A DNA stretch of 64,000 nt from Eledone cirrhosa. Its lineage: Eukaryota. Both the position numbers and the translations under genes were made by a program. Shown in pieces: positions 39,163-52,189 of this stretch; the stretch's first letter is position 1; each line of letters starts with the position of its first letter. The notes below the pieces were generated by a model that saw nothing but the letters and a program-made list of their open reading frames with translations, was not told the origin of the DNA and searched no databases. The stretch lies in assembly GCA_964016885.1 (NCBI GenBank), contig OZ024740.1:423460001-423524000 (forward strand), written 5' to 3'.

Positions 39163-40862
39163 ACGTTTAGCGTAAAAGTTGGTGTCCATCAGGGCTCTGT
39201 TCTTAGCCCCCTACTATTTATTATTGCCCTTCAGGCTATAACAGAGGAGTTCAAGACCGGCTGCCCATGGGAACTCCTATACGCAGATGATCTAACGCTC
39301 ATAGCTGAATCAATGACCGAACTAGAGAAGAAATTCCAAACATGGAAGCACGGCCTAGAATCAAAAGACCTTAAAATTAACCTGGCTAAGACTAAAGTTC
39401 TAGTTTGTAGGAAAGAAAATAAGGCGGCAGTCCCATCTGGGAAATGGCCATGCTCAGTATGTAGGAAAGGCGTAGGTAGAAACTCCATTTTATGTCCCAA
39501 ATGCAAAGTATGGGTGCATAAAAGATGTAGTGGGATCACAGGTAAGCTAACTAAGAACATAGATTTTACATGTGGCCGGTGCTCTGGTGCAATAAGTAGC
39601 AGCAAGTGCCCACAAAATACTAGCTCCCTCAACTGCGCAGAGGGTTCTATAGAAATAGTGGACAGCTTCCGTTACCTGGGTGACAAAATCAGCAGTGGGG
39701 GAGGGTGCTCTGAAAGTACAGTAGCTAGAGTCAGAACTGGATGGAAAAAGTTCAGAGAGCTTATACCACTATTAGCCGCTAGAGGGTTCTCCCTAAAAAT
39801 GAAAGGCAGGTTATACGATGCCTGCATACGAACAGCAATGCTGCATGGCAGTGAGACCTGGGCATTGTGTGCAGAGGATATACGCAGACTAGAGAGGAAC
39901 GAAGCTTGCATGCTCCGCTGGATGTGCAATAGTAATATACGTGAACGGCAAAGCATAAACGAACTAAGGAAAAAATTAGAAATAAGAGGGATCAGATGTT
40001 GTTTACTCGAGAGAAGGCTACGTTGGTACGGTCACGTGATGCGCATGAAAGACGACAGCTGTATAACAAAGTGCAGGGCAATAAAGATAGACGGTAGCCA
40101 CGGAGTAGGCAGACCCAGAAAAACATGGGACGAGCTGATAAATTCCGACCTCACACGCTTACACCCCTCCAAGACAATGTCACTGGACCGAGACCTTTGG
40201 CGGTACTCAGTAATAGAGAAGACCCGCCTTACCTAAATACAAAGTAAAAACCTACTACAGTCAGTAGGCATCTCTATCAAAACACCCCCCCGTCCCACCA
40301 CCTCCACCCCATCCACACCGCCCCTTTCAATGTAAAGTTATGTTGGTCCCACAACATCCAGGCCGAAACAAATGAGATCGTGTAGGTGTCACGACAAAAA
40401 AACACACAGTCCACGCTGTAAATGTGGCCGTGTAGGAAACACGGTAAAAACCTCCCAGCCCCACACTGTAAATGTCGTTGGTGTTAGGAAGGGCATCCAG
40501 CTGTAGAAAACCCGCCAGACAGTCCACGCTGTAATGTGACCGTGTAGGCAACACGGTAAAAACCTCCCAGCCCCACACTGTAAATGTGGTTGGTGTTAGG
40601 AAGGGCATCCAGCTGTAGAAAACCCGCCAGACAGTCCACGCTGTAATGTGGCCGTGTAGGCAACACGGTAAAAACCTCCCAGCCCCACACTGTAAATGTG
40701 GTTGGTGTTAGGAAGGGCATCCAACTGTAGAAAACCCGCCAGACAGTCCTATGCGAGCAAGACAACCACTCTTGCCTCAAGTGGGAAAACCCCCGTCCAA
40801 ACCCATACAAGCGTGGAACACGGACGCTAAACCTGATGATGATGATGATGATGATGATGATA
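39163..40862 (+). mobile_element. 5'-truncated RTE-b LINE with complete 3' UTR (three 112-bp tandem units) and (GAT)n tail
   Basis: Open RT C-terminal frame to 40236; units at 40406-40749. Confidence 0.9.
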
Positions 40863-41425
40863 TCTTTCCATACTTAAAATTTACGGCCGTCAATTTACAG
40901 GAAGTTTGCCAATTGTGCTGAAATGGTAGTTAAAAATCAAATACCCTGATCGAATCGGTATTTGTGAGGGGCCACCAGTAAAAGGATATAAGAGACTTGT
41001 GGAAACACCTACAGAGGCAGGGTCACTGTGGTGCTTCAGAAAGGTCTGGACCTTGCGATACGGACCATAACCTTCAACCCAGAAGATAAATTGATGGTGT
41101 TTAAGGTGACCAACAATGTGATCCAACATGGTGTGGGTGGGGTGCTACACCCCCCACTCACACCCCTGCAATACACCACTGATTGTAACCCACCCTACTT
41201 TTGTTTTTGTTATTTCACACTTATACACGTTAGCATGTAAACCAATACTTCACATATTTTATCATCCTTGTGCTTTTTATAAACCCCTGGTGGTCAATAA
41301 AGAAATTATTATTCTTATTGTTGTTGTTGTTGTTGTTGTTACTGTTGTTACTGTTGTTACTGTGTGTTGTTGTTATTGTTGTTGTTGTTACTGTTGTTGT
41401 TGTTGTTGTCATTATTGTTGTTGTT

Positions 41426-41630
41426 GGGCGGTAGATTGACAATATCGGTAGAGCGTCGGGCAGAATGCTTTGTGGCATAGAGTTATGGCCCTTTACGATC
41501 TGAGTTCAAATCCTTCCGAGGTTAGCATTACCTTTCAGTAATGCACTGGGGTCCATTCTATTGACTCCTCACCCCACAAAAAAAAAATTGCTGGCCTTGT
41601 GCCTAAATCAGAAACCATTATTATTATTAT
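41426..41630 (+). mobile_element. SINE family 1, internally deleted
   Basis: Head and 3' end match; central block missing. Confidence 0.7.
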
Positions 41631-41708
41631 TATTGTTTTTGTTGTTGTAGTAGTAGTAGTAGTTGTTGTTGCTGTTGCTGTTATGGTTGTTGTTGTTGTT
41701 GTCGTCGC

Positions 41709-41775
<67 letters not shown>

Positions 41776-41920
41776 GGTGGTGGTGGTGGTGTTGTTGTTG
41801 TTGTTCAGCTATTTTTATTTTATTTAAATAAATGTATTTTCATAAAACTGATTAGAAAATCAATTTTACAAGAGTTCAGACCACAATATTGTATATATAT
41901 ATATATGTATATATATATAT

Positions 41921-42012
41921 AGTAATAATAATAAATTTGAAAACCAAAATCAGAAAATCCCGTTAAGGGTGAAAGCAGCGATTCTTTGCTTAAACTTTAA
42001 TCTGTTATTTTA

Positions 42013-42018
<6 letters not shown>
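41921..42018 (+). mobile_element. Minimal CAGAAGA-family insertion (inverted tail plus pLTR end)
   Basis: TAGTAATAATAATAAATTTGAA joined to CAGAAAATCCCGTTAAGGGTGAAAG..AATAAAT. Confidence 0.7.
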
Positions 42019-42075
<57 letters not shown>

Positions 42076-42258
42076 GATAAAACTACCAAAATATACGGTA
42101 GTCTCCAATCCGTATGAAGAACTCAATGTAATCCAAATATTATGTAAAGAGGAGATGCATTCAAAATTTTTCGATAAAAATCATAGGAAAACAGAGTCAA
42201 GATAAATTAATAAAAATAATGAATAAAGACAAAGAACAAGTTCCTTATATTAAAAAAT

Positions 42259-42394
42259 TCATCATTTTACGATCGTTTCTGGGATGTATATGTGTGTTGG
42301 TATGTATATCATATAGATATATGTAAAAATATTACAAATTATCAGAGGAAATATACATACCTACACATATACATTCCGTACTCAGAAATGATGA
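42259..42394 (-). ncRNA. Type-I hammerhead with very long stem II and mutated core
   Basis: Minus strand: tcatcattt-CTGAGTA-(about 100 nt hairpin)-GAAA-cgatcg-TA-aaatgatga; sibling at about 35979-35985 has CTGAAGA. Confidence 0.6.
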
Positions 42395-42749
42395 GATGTG
42401 TTTAATGAAAAAAAACAACAAAGATTTAATATAAAAGGTCTGTTTGGGAACAGGTTTTGAATTGACCAATAGAAAAGTAGTTAGAGGTCAAGTTGATAGA
42501 ATAGCAGTAGTAGATATTTAATTTAGGTGTAGAGGAGTGCAGACTTATGTTTTGAATGAAAATAATATTTTGGGGATGACCAATGGGATGCGAGCGTGTC
42601 CTATGACGCCAAAATTCGTTTGCTCTAACTCATATGATTCCAGTTCCTAAGAGAAATAACAACACAACCAGGAGCTGGACATATCGAGGGATTGGCGGAG
42701 TAAAACACACTTCAACAACATGTGCACCTGTCCTTCCACACGAACTCTG

Positions 42750-42804
42750 ACTGCTTGAAGAAGTCACAGCCAATGATGGCTGTCACCGAAATATATATAG
42801 GAGT
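42750..42804 (+). ncRNA. Degenerate type-I hammerhead (relative of 13596-13652)
   Basis: actgc-TTGAAGA-..acagcc aatgat ggctgt..-GAAA-tatata-TA-ggagt. Confidence 0.55.
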
Positions 42805-42967
42805 ATATTTATAATTTGTAATAAACGAAGCCAAATTTGACATATTTGACTTAATTATTTTACATTACTCCGGAGAAAAGAAACCAGCGCATACTTCGTC
42901 GAGTGCTCCATTCTGCATACTGAGGTGTCGGTAAACAACCAACATATACTCAAAATTTATATATACA

Positions 42968-43048
<81 letters not shown>

Positions 43049-43052
<4 letters not shown>

Positions 43053-43215
43053 GTTTCTACTTTAGGCACAAGGCCAGCAATTACCCAGTGCATTACTGGT
43101 ACTTTATTTTATCGACCCCGTAAGGATGAAAGGCAAAGTCAACCTCGGCGGGATTTGAACTCAGATCGTAAAGGGACGTAACTATGCTGGAAAGCATGGC
43201 GTCCGACCCTCCACC
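43049..43215 (-). mobile_element. SINE family 1
   Basis: Inverse match to 11082-11270. Confidence 0.85.
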
Positions 43216-43973
43216 GATACTGCTAATCCACCGCCTTTTTATATATAATATTAAGTGTATTGAGTTCAAAACTCAAGCATTCCTTTACAATGAAATAGCT
43301 CAAAGAAAAAAATATTTCTGAGCCGTGTAATATAAGTAAATATAAATTAATATATATGATGAAACACAAATACCAACATATCTGTGTTTATATTGTAAAA
43401 GAAATTAAGTTAGCTAGAATGAAATATACTAATTATAATATTACAGTTTGCCTATATCGATTTAAAATAATAAATCAACAAAAACAAACAGTATTGGCAA
43501 ATGGCCATGGTGTTTAGACAAATTTAAATTTCAAAATCAAACCTGTTCCGTAGATAAGTTTAAACTTTAAAATCCAAATATGTTTCGAGATAAATAAGCG
43601 TAAGATATCTTGTCCTGCTCACATCAGTAAACACCCAAAACAAATTGATATGCCTCACTTCTAAATATTTTAAAAGACTGTTTAATGCACATGGTTTTAC
43701 AGTTTCTAGCTAGCCTCATACCCGTACTGCTAGAAATAACAGCCGTATATATGGGGCTACTATCAGCTCAACGTAAGGAGCAATTATATTAAGTGTATTG
43801 AGTTCAAAACTCAAGCATTCATAATATTATAATTAGTAATATTATAAAAGTAATATTATAAAAATAATATTATAATTAGTATATTTCATTCTAGCTAACT
43901 TAATTTCTTTTACAATATAAACACAGATATGTTGGTATTTGTGTTTCATCATATATATTAATTTATATTTACT

Positions 43974-44067
<94 letters not shown>

Positions 44068-44077
44068 TATATATACA

Positions 44078-44438
<361 letters not shown>

Positions 44439-44480
44439 TATACATATATGTATATTTATATATATATACACATATATATG

Positions 44481-44544
<64 letters not shown>

Positions 44545-44576
44545 TGTGTATATATATATATATGTATATATACAGT

Positions 44577-44625
<49 letters not shown>

Positions 44626-44627
<2 letters not shown>

Positions 44628-47600
44628 TCTTCTGGTTTTATAATTTCACAAAGTTTTACCAATAGAGAGAGAGTCGATTTCTAACATAGACACAAGACTC
44701 TCTCATTGGAATTTACACATCAAATAGGTAGATATGTATGTATGTCTGCATGCATGCATGTGTAGATATGGATGTTATTGTATGTGTGGATGTGGATGTT
44801 TTGAGTTGTATGTGTGCATGTGTATATGCTTTGTATCTGTACATGTGTATATGCAGTTATTAGATGCAAAAGTTTTGGAATGTTTTACATATTTTTACTG
44901 TTCCATTAATGGATTGTACTTGTAATTTCCTAACTAGTTGTGTTCTTTCTGTTCCTGTGAAGCCTAGCTTCTCAAGATTTGTATTGAGGCAGTTACTAAC
45001 ATATCCCAGTGCCCCAATAATAACAGGCATAAATTTGAAGGTATAATCAGGGTGGAGTATCTGCAGATTTCTCATCAGTTCTGCATAAATATTCTCCTTT
45101 TTACTAATCTTTGATATTATATTGGCATCTGCTGGGCAGCTAATTTCCACTACTGTGCATGCTTTCTTCTCCCTGTCTCATATCATAATATTTGGTCTGT
45201 TATGCCTGCATTTTATTGGAGTTTTTACTGGAACATTCCACCAGTACTCTTTCATATTATGTACATGGATGTCTTCCACATTGTTGTAGCTTTTAATGTG
45301 TTTGTTATCGGGGCTATCTTTTTTACGAACTGCATTGTAGTGTTTTGGCCACTACATCATGCCTCATAGGTAGATAATACTGCGATGACATCTTTGGGCA
45401 GCTGCTCATGACATGGGTGATATCCTCGATGTTAGTTCTGCAGAGTCTGCACTTGTTATCACATCTAGGTGTTTTGCCTGCATCCCTATCTCTTTTGTGA
45501 ATCAGGTATTTCGTGCTAATCTCCTGTTCTTGGATTGCAAAAGCGTATCCTTCAAAGTGGGAGCCAATATAGCGGTTGTTGGTCCAATATAGACTACTTT
45601 CCTTATCTATATTACTCTCACTCTGGAGCTTCCTGGCAACATATCCATGCATGGTTTTTTGCTGATAGGCATGCAGTTTTTCATCCATGGATTCACTGCG
45701 ATACTGCTGAGCGACATCCCTGGGTGTGAGTTTTTGATTATAACACAGGGAATATCTCTCAAGGAGTTCCTTCCTAACTCTCATGATCTTATCTGTTTCA
45801 TGCAGATAGACTTGCTCGAGAAGCGGGCTCCTACGCTTCGAGGTTCGTAGATGTTGTCGGAAAGATATGATGCGACATTCAAATGTTGTCTGGACTGATG
45901 TTAAGCCTCTGCCTCCCTGCTTACGTTTCAAGTAAAGGCGGTCTATGTCACTGTTGATGTGGAAGTTTCCGGTGTTGTTCAGTATTTTTCGAGTTCCAAC
46001 ATCAACTGCTCGGATTTCGTCTATCGTCCAATTGAGTATTCCAAACGTTGGTGTTAGGACAGGCACAGCAAACACATTGTGAGCCACTGTTTTGTTTTGC
46101 GCAGAGAGTTCTGATGACCAGATCTTTCTTAATCGGGTGTAGTATTCCCTGGTTACGCGTTCTTTATTACAGATACCATTATAGGATATGTTCTAATCTA
46201 TCCCCAGGTATCTGTAGCAGTCCTCATCAGATATCGGTGAAACAGTTAGACCATTGATGACAATGTTGCTAGATTGGGTTGTTGTTTTTTCCCGCTTTAC
46301 AGTCCTATATCCTTTGAGAATGTTGTAACCAGGTCAAGATTTTTCTTCATCCCATCCATGTTCTTGGCATAGAGTTTCAGATCGTCCACAAAGAAGTTAT
46401 GGGTTAGGTTCGTATTTCTGTCCTCCTGTGAGCCAATGATGTATCCCTCACATTTCTTGAGCAGAAAGGACAAGGGGTTTAATGACAAGATGAACAATAT
46501 CACAGAGAGACTGTCCCCCTGAAATATACCCCTGCAATATTTTATTTTATCAGTGAAAATAGAGTCCTCTCTCTCTGTCTTTAACCTTAGGATAGTAGCC
46601 CAAGAAGAAGACAGCCTCTCTATGGCTCTGACAATAATGTCTGGGACTTTAGCAAGCTGGAGGGCCTCTATCATCCAAGAGTGGGGAACCGAATCGAAAG
46701 CTTTCTTGTAGTCCAGCTAGACTGTAGTCATATTCCTCCTAAGTTATCGCACCTCCGACATCGCAGTTTTGTTGATTAGGAGTTGTTCAGCACATCCCCA
46801 AACCCTTTTCTTTCCAGCTGCTTGTTCATCTGTGATGATGTTATTATTTTCACAGTGATCTTGGAGGAATAGGTTGAGGCAGGCTGTATACATCTTATAC
46901 ATCAGGTTCTGGCATGCAATGGGTTGGTATTTTTTTGCCAAGTGGGTGTCTTTGTTCTTGGGGACCAGTAACGTTTGCGCTAATGTCAACCATTCTGGTA
47001 TAAGTGTATCTCCCTTAAGAACTTGTTAGTAGAGGTCAGTAAGATACCTCCGATAGAATATTAGTTTTTTGTACCAGTAGCCGACAATCATGTCTCTTCC
47101 TGGTGTTTTCTTATCTTGGAGTTTTCCTATCACAGTCTCAAGGGTACCCTCACTTATTTCGTATGTTTTTGTTGTAGTGTAGGAGCAATAGTTCTTTCGG
47201 ATTTCTCTTAGCCACACTGCATCTTGGTTGAAATTCTTCTTTTCACCCCATATTTTTCTCCAAAAGGAATCTATGTCTTTCTGGGATGGGGCCTCAGTGA
47301 CACTTATTATTTTGCCCTTCATATCTCTATAGACTGATGTTTGGTTTCGTCTGAATCTTTTATTAAGCATTTTTCTCTCATCTACCTTCTTCAGGTATCG
47401 GCGTTTTTCGCTAACAGCTCTCAATTCTTGTTTGAAGATGATCAGCTTATATTGGAGAGTTCTGGTTCTACTGTTACCAAACATCGTCTCTATTTTATTT
47501 TTCACTCTTTGTTGGTGAGAAGTGAGGGTTTTTTGTGTTTGTTTGCATGTAAGGAGCATTATCACATGTCCTATGTTTTTTCGTAGGTCAGCACTCTTTT

Positions 47601-48970
47601 TTTCTATTTTAGTTATATATGATGGTATTTTTGGTGGTGTTTTGTTCTTGTTAATATTGTGGTTAGAAAAAGCTATCTCACTTACCGCTTTTCACAGGCG
47701 CCGCTAAATTCCACTGCAGGTACTCCTCTTCCACGTGCGTCCAACAGCTTAACACCGGGAGCTGCCCAAAACGCGCGTCCACACCGTGTGCTGGTCACCA
47801 CTAGAGAGAGGCCCTCTGCTGGCCCTTCCGGTCGAGCATCCTTCCGGCCCAAAACCCCTTCCGGTCGAGCACTCCCCCGCCTCCGGCCACCGCACGCCAC
47901 ACCATACCCATAAATATCTCTGCTACCACCAAGATAATGCTTCACTGTCATTGCTAAGGCATATAAACAGGCGTTGATTTGCCAAAATGTTGGGGTTTTT
48001 ATCCGTCGTAAATATTCATCCCCTATTTCGTCAATAACACGTAGTATTTCATTATTTGGTTTTTTATTCACCATTGTCATTTTAACACGTTCAGCCAGAG
48101 AGATATTTATACATGAGTTAATTTCTCTCTGGAAGATTTCGTTGAGGGAAATTTTCAATTGTTTATACTTTTGATTATCATTATCGATAGTATTTTCCAC
48201 AACAGTCGAGGTAGACTCGGATGGTATACGTGGTGTCAAATTTCTTCGATTATTATTATTATTATTTCTTCGATTATTATTATTATCGATAGTGTTTTCC
48301 CCAGCATTCGAGGTAGACTTAGATGGTACAGGCATAGTTGTTTCAAGGCGCTGTTCGACCTGGCTGCTAGGAAGTCTAGTAGCATAGTGATCTGTAGCAC
48401 GTGTTGTTGATTCCATGTTTGTTGTGGGGGACTTACAATTAATAATATTTATCTTATTTTTACGTTCAACAAACGTCGCTTGTTGGCGTAATTGTTTCGC
48501 TGTGAAATAATTTAGCTCTGGGTGCATTTCGTCCCAGTGTAGCTTCATTCTATTCATATAGCCAATGGAGGGATTGTTTTTTGCCATTTTATAACAATTA
48601 AATAAATCATTATTAAGTTCGCAACTCCAAGAGAAATGCGATTTATAATTTCGGTTTCTTCTGTAGCTACAACTGAATAAAGTTTGATTATCTTCTTTGT
48701 TATTTGTCTTCGATACTTCCTTAATTTTCTTGTTGATGTTGTGTTCAGCCATGCTGTTTGTAGCAAATCCTTGTAAAATGAATTATGTATTTAGTCGGAT
48801 ATCTCTACGAATTCGAATAAAAGGTGTCTTCAGAAGGGATAGTTAGAAGAATAACCAGTTATTCAACCTGGCTGTAGTTGTGGCATTACTGTCGGAGATA
48901 GTATTCATCTTAAATTTAATAAATAGTCTCCCACGCCAAAATATGCGACTGATCGCGTTGACTGGTGGAA
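44626..48970 (-). mobile_element. Apparently full-length R4-like RLE non-LTR element (family A), decayed, in (CATA)n
   Basis: N-terminal FSW..YMNRMKLHWDEMHPEL; YQPIAC, GIFQGDSLS, FFVDDLKLY, CRLC..HVMSSC, RHD, NRPNI, EISCP. Confidence 0.88.
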
Positions 48971-48982
48971 TGTATGTATGTA

Positions 48983-49013
<31 letters not shown>

Positions 49014-49258
49014 ATGTATGTATGTATGTATGTATGTATGTATGTGTGTGTATGTATGTATGTATGTATGTATGTATGTATGTATGTGTGTGTGTATGTA
49101 TGTATGTGTGTATGTATGTATGTATGTATGTATGTATGTATGTATGTGTGTGTGTATGTATGTATGTATGTGTTTGTGTGTATGAATGTATGTATATATG
49201 TATGTGTGTGTGTGTATGTATGTATCTATGTATGTATGTGTATGTATGTGTGTGTATG

Positions 49259-49507
49259 TTATTTTCTCTTTCTCTTAATTTCGAGTATATTTTTTTGACC
49301 GGCCACCTCCCTGGTGGCAAGGTTGTAAAAGAAAAGAAATTGTCATCCCTTGAATCGCAAGAATGTTTTGCAAATTTTGAAGGTGCCAGCTATCGCAGCC
49401 ATTTGTAGACTATGAATTGGGGAGCTGCGCTTTTTGTCCGCAAATCCAAGTTCAGTCATACTTTGGTCCAAGCGGGTCGGTATATAACCCGTAGCACCAA
49501 TAATGAT
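49259..49507 (-). mobile_element. 3'-end fragment of R4-like family B
   Basis: Inverse match to 59450-59695. Confidence 0.9.
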
Positions 49508-49872
49508 GTATGTATGTATGTATGTATGTATGTATGTATGTATGTATGTATGTATGTATGTATGTATGTATGTATGTATGCGTGTATGTATGTATGTATA
49601 TATGTATGTATGTGTATGTATGTATGTATGTATGTGTGTGTATGTATGTATGTATATATGTATGTATGTGTATGTATGTATGTATGTATGTATGTATGTA
49701 TGTATGTGTATGTATGTATGTATGTATGTATGTATGTATGTATGTATGTATGTATGTATGTATATATGTATGAGTATGTATGTATGTATGTATGTATGTA
49801 TGTATGTATGTATGTATGTATGTATGTGTGTGTATGTATGTATGTATGTATGTATGTATGTATGTATGTATG

Positions 49873-50446
49873 TTTTGTTTTTAGTCCTGCAGGATGTCCA
49901 AAGTCACCCTCCTCACCAAGAAACCTTGGTGGGGTTGCCAGTTTAGTCGCCAACGACCCAACCATGAGACAGGTTGTACTGGCATACATGTCAAAGGGCA
50001 AAGGAGCTCTTAAGAGTCAATGGCCATCCAAAATTACCGGGAGAGATGACCCCTTAGCCTTTGTCAAGGCAGAATTCTAGGAGAAGGAAAACTCTGATAT
50101 AACACCTGCAACTCTGATGGTATCCAATGCTGCTGACTTGTTCTTCTTTTTGGTAAATATCATCTTGGTTAAGAGAGTGGGACTGGCTTTGTGCAGTGCC
50201 TTTGCTCACTATAAAAGCTTCACGGCACAGGCATTGCTTTATGTCTGGAGATCTCTCTGCACTTGTCGTCACATGGTACCATGGGCCCAGCACTATGTGT
50301 CAATAATTGTCACAAGTGTAATGTTTGTACCAGAGTTTTCAAGTCGCTGGCTGGACTAAAAAGTCACTCGTTCAGCGCATCGGTAGGAGTTCTCCTACAT
50401 GGATATAAAGTAGTGGCCATACTCGAAAACAAGTTGGCAGCCTCCA
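49873..50446 (+). mobile_element. Non-autonomous RTE-derived bipartite element (family C) with (ATGT)n tail
   Basis: RTE-like 5' UTR motif CTAGGAGAAGGAAAACTCTG joined to a C2H2-type end (C..C.RVFKSLAGLKSH). Confidence 0.65.
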
Positions 50447-50452
50447 TGTATG

Positions 50453-50485
<33 letters not shown>

Positions 50486-51091
50486 CAGGTCACTATTTGG
50501 TGCTACTGGTAACATGTATCCCAGTACAACCTGTCACATGGTCGGGTCTTTGGCGACTAAACTGGCAACCCCACCAAGGTTTCTTGGTGAGGAGGGTGAT
50601 TTTGGACATCCTGCAGGATTAAAAACAAAACCTGTCAAAGGGCAAAGGAGCTCTTAAGAGTCAATGGCCATCCAAAATCACAGGGAGAGATGACCCCTTA
50701 GCTTTTGTCAAGGCAGAATTCTAGGAGAAGGAAAACTCTGATATAACACCTGCAACCCTGATGGTATTCAATGATGTTGACTTGTTCTTCTTTTTGGTAA
50801 ATATCATCTTGGTTAAGAGAGTGGGACTGGCTTTGTGCAGTGCTTTTGCTCACTATAAAAGCTTCACGGCACAGGCATTGCTTTATGTCTGGAGATCTCT
50901 CTGCACTTGTCGTCACATGGTACCATGGGCCCAGCACTATGTGTCAATAATTGTCACAAGTGTAGTGTTTGTACCAGAGTTTTCAAGTCGCTGGCTGGAC
51001 TAAAATGTCACACTTGTTCAGCGCATCGGTAGGGGTTCTCCTACATGGATATAAAGTAGTGGCCGTACTCGAAAACGAGTTGGCAGCCACC
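50486..51091 (+). mobile_element. Family C copy with inverted 5' segment (50486-50630)
   Basis: First about 145 bp is the reverse complement of the family 5' end. Confidence 0.75.
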
Positions 51092-51112
51092 ATGTATGTA
51101 TGTATGTATGTG

Positions 51113-51146
<34 letters not shown>

Positions 51147-51437
51147 TGTATGTATGTATATATGTATGTGTATCTATGTATGTATGTATGTATGTATGTA
51201 TGTATGTATGTGTATGTATGTATGTATGTATGTATGTATGTATGTATGTATGTATGTGTATGTATGTGTATGTATGTATGTATGTATGTATGTATGTATG
51301 TATGTATGTATGTATGTATGTATGTATGTATGTATGTATGTATGTGATAGATGAGAGAAACAACAGGTGTGTCCAGGTAAAGCAGTGAAAACCAACAAGC
51401 TAAAAGTTAAAGGTAATACATTTCAGAGATTCAAAGA

Positions 51438-51725
51438 TGGCTGCTACTGCTGCTGGTGCTGCTGCTGCTGGAGGTGCTTCTGGTGCTGCTACTGCTGCTG
51501 GTAGTGGTGATGGTGCTGCTACTGCTGCTGGTGGTGGTGATGGTGCTGCTACTGCTGCTGGTGGTGGTGATGGTGCCGCTACTGCTGCAGGTGGTGGTGA
51601 TGGTGCTGCTACTGCTGCAGGTGGTGGTGATGGTGCTGCTACTGCTGCAGGTGGTGGTGATGGTGCTGCTACTGCTGCAGGTGGTGGTGATGGTGCTGCT
51701 ACTGCTGCAGGTGCTGGTGGTGTGC
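51438..51725. repeat. 30-bp GC-rich minisatellite, about 9 units
   Basis: Unit GGTGGTGGTGATGGTGCTGCTACTGCTGC(A/T). Confidence 0.9.
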
Positions 51726-52189
51726 TGGTCACTATATATGTGTCTACAACAATGGCTACTGTTGGTACGTTGGAGAAATGCTATAAATAAATGATGAAAT
51801 CATTACTCCTCACTTCTAAAGAGTTCCACTCAAATCAAGGTAATTACCTGCAAATACATTCACAACTCTCCACATATTTTACACTAGTCTTAATTATTTC
51901 TATGGGGAGAAATTAAACCACACACACATACACACAGATACACACACACATACATACACACAGTTACACACATACACACAGACACGCACAGATGCACATA
52001 CACACGCAGACACACACATATACACACACATACACACAGATACACATACACACACATACCCCCCCCCCCCTACACACACACATATATTGCTAAGCTAAAA
52101 CAATATCGACAGAGAACAATCTTTAACCTAGATTTAATTCCCAGAAAACCATTCCACTTCACTTATTGATGTTGTCGGCAAAAGACATA

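Larger units (their letters stand above)
38030..41310 (+). mobile_element. Old, internally deleted Tx1 relative, interrupted by RTE insertions
   Basis: EAQIQK..VW.HKT (ORF1-like), GLDLAIRTITFNPEDK (APE-like), end GTGGTCAATAAAGAAATTATT. Confidence 0.6.

Noticed and set aside
43350-43410. Hammerhead candidate (TGATGA plus hairpin)
   Set aside because: No C3 and no GAAA directly after the hairpin; no stem I
49900-49945. HDV-like ribozyme at the family C 5' end (CCTCCTC motif)
   Set aside because: Folds as a simple hairpin CACCAAG-aaac-CTTGGTG; I could not build the nested pseudoknot
51400-51794. Ala/Gly- or Pro/Ala-rich protein (antifreeze- or extensin-like)
   Set aside because: 30-bp minisatellite open in several frames; no splice or expression evidence
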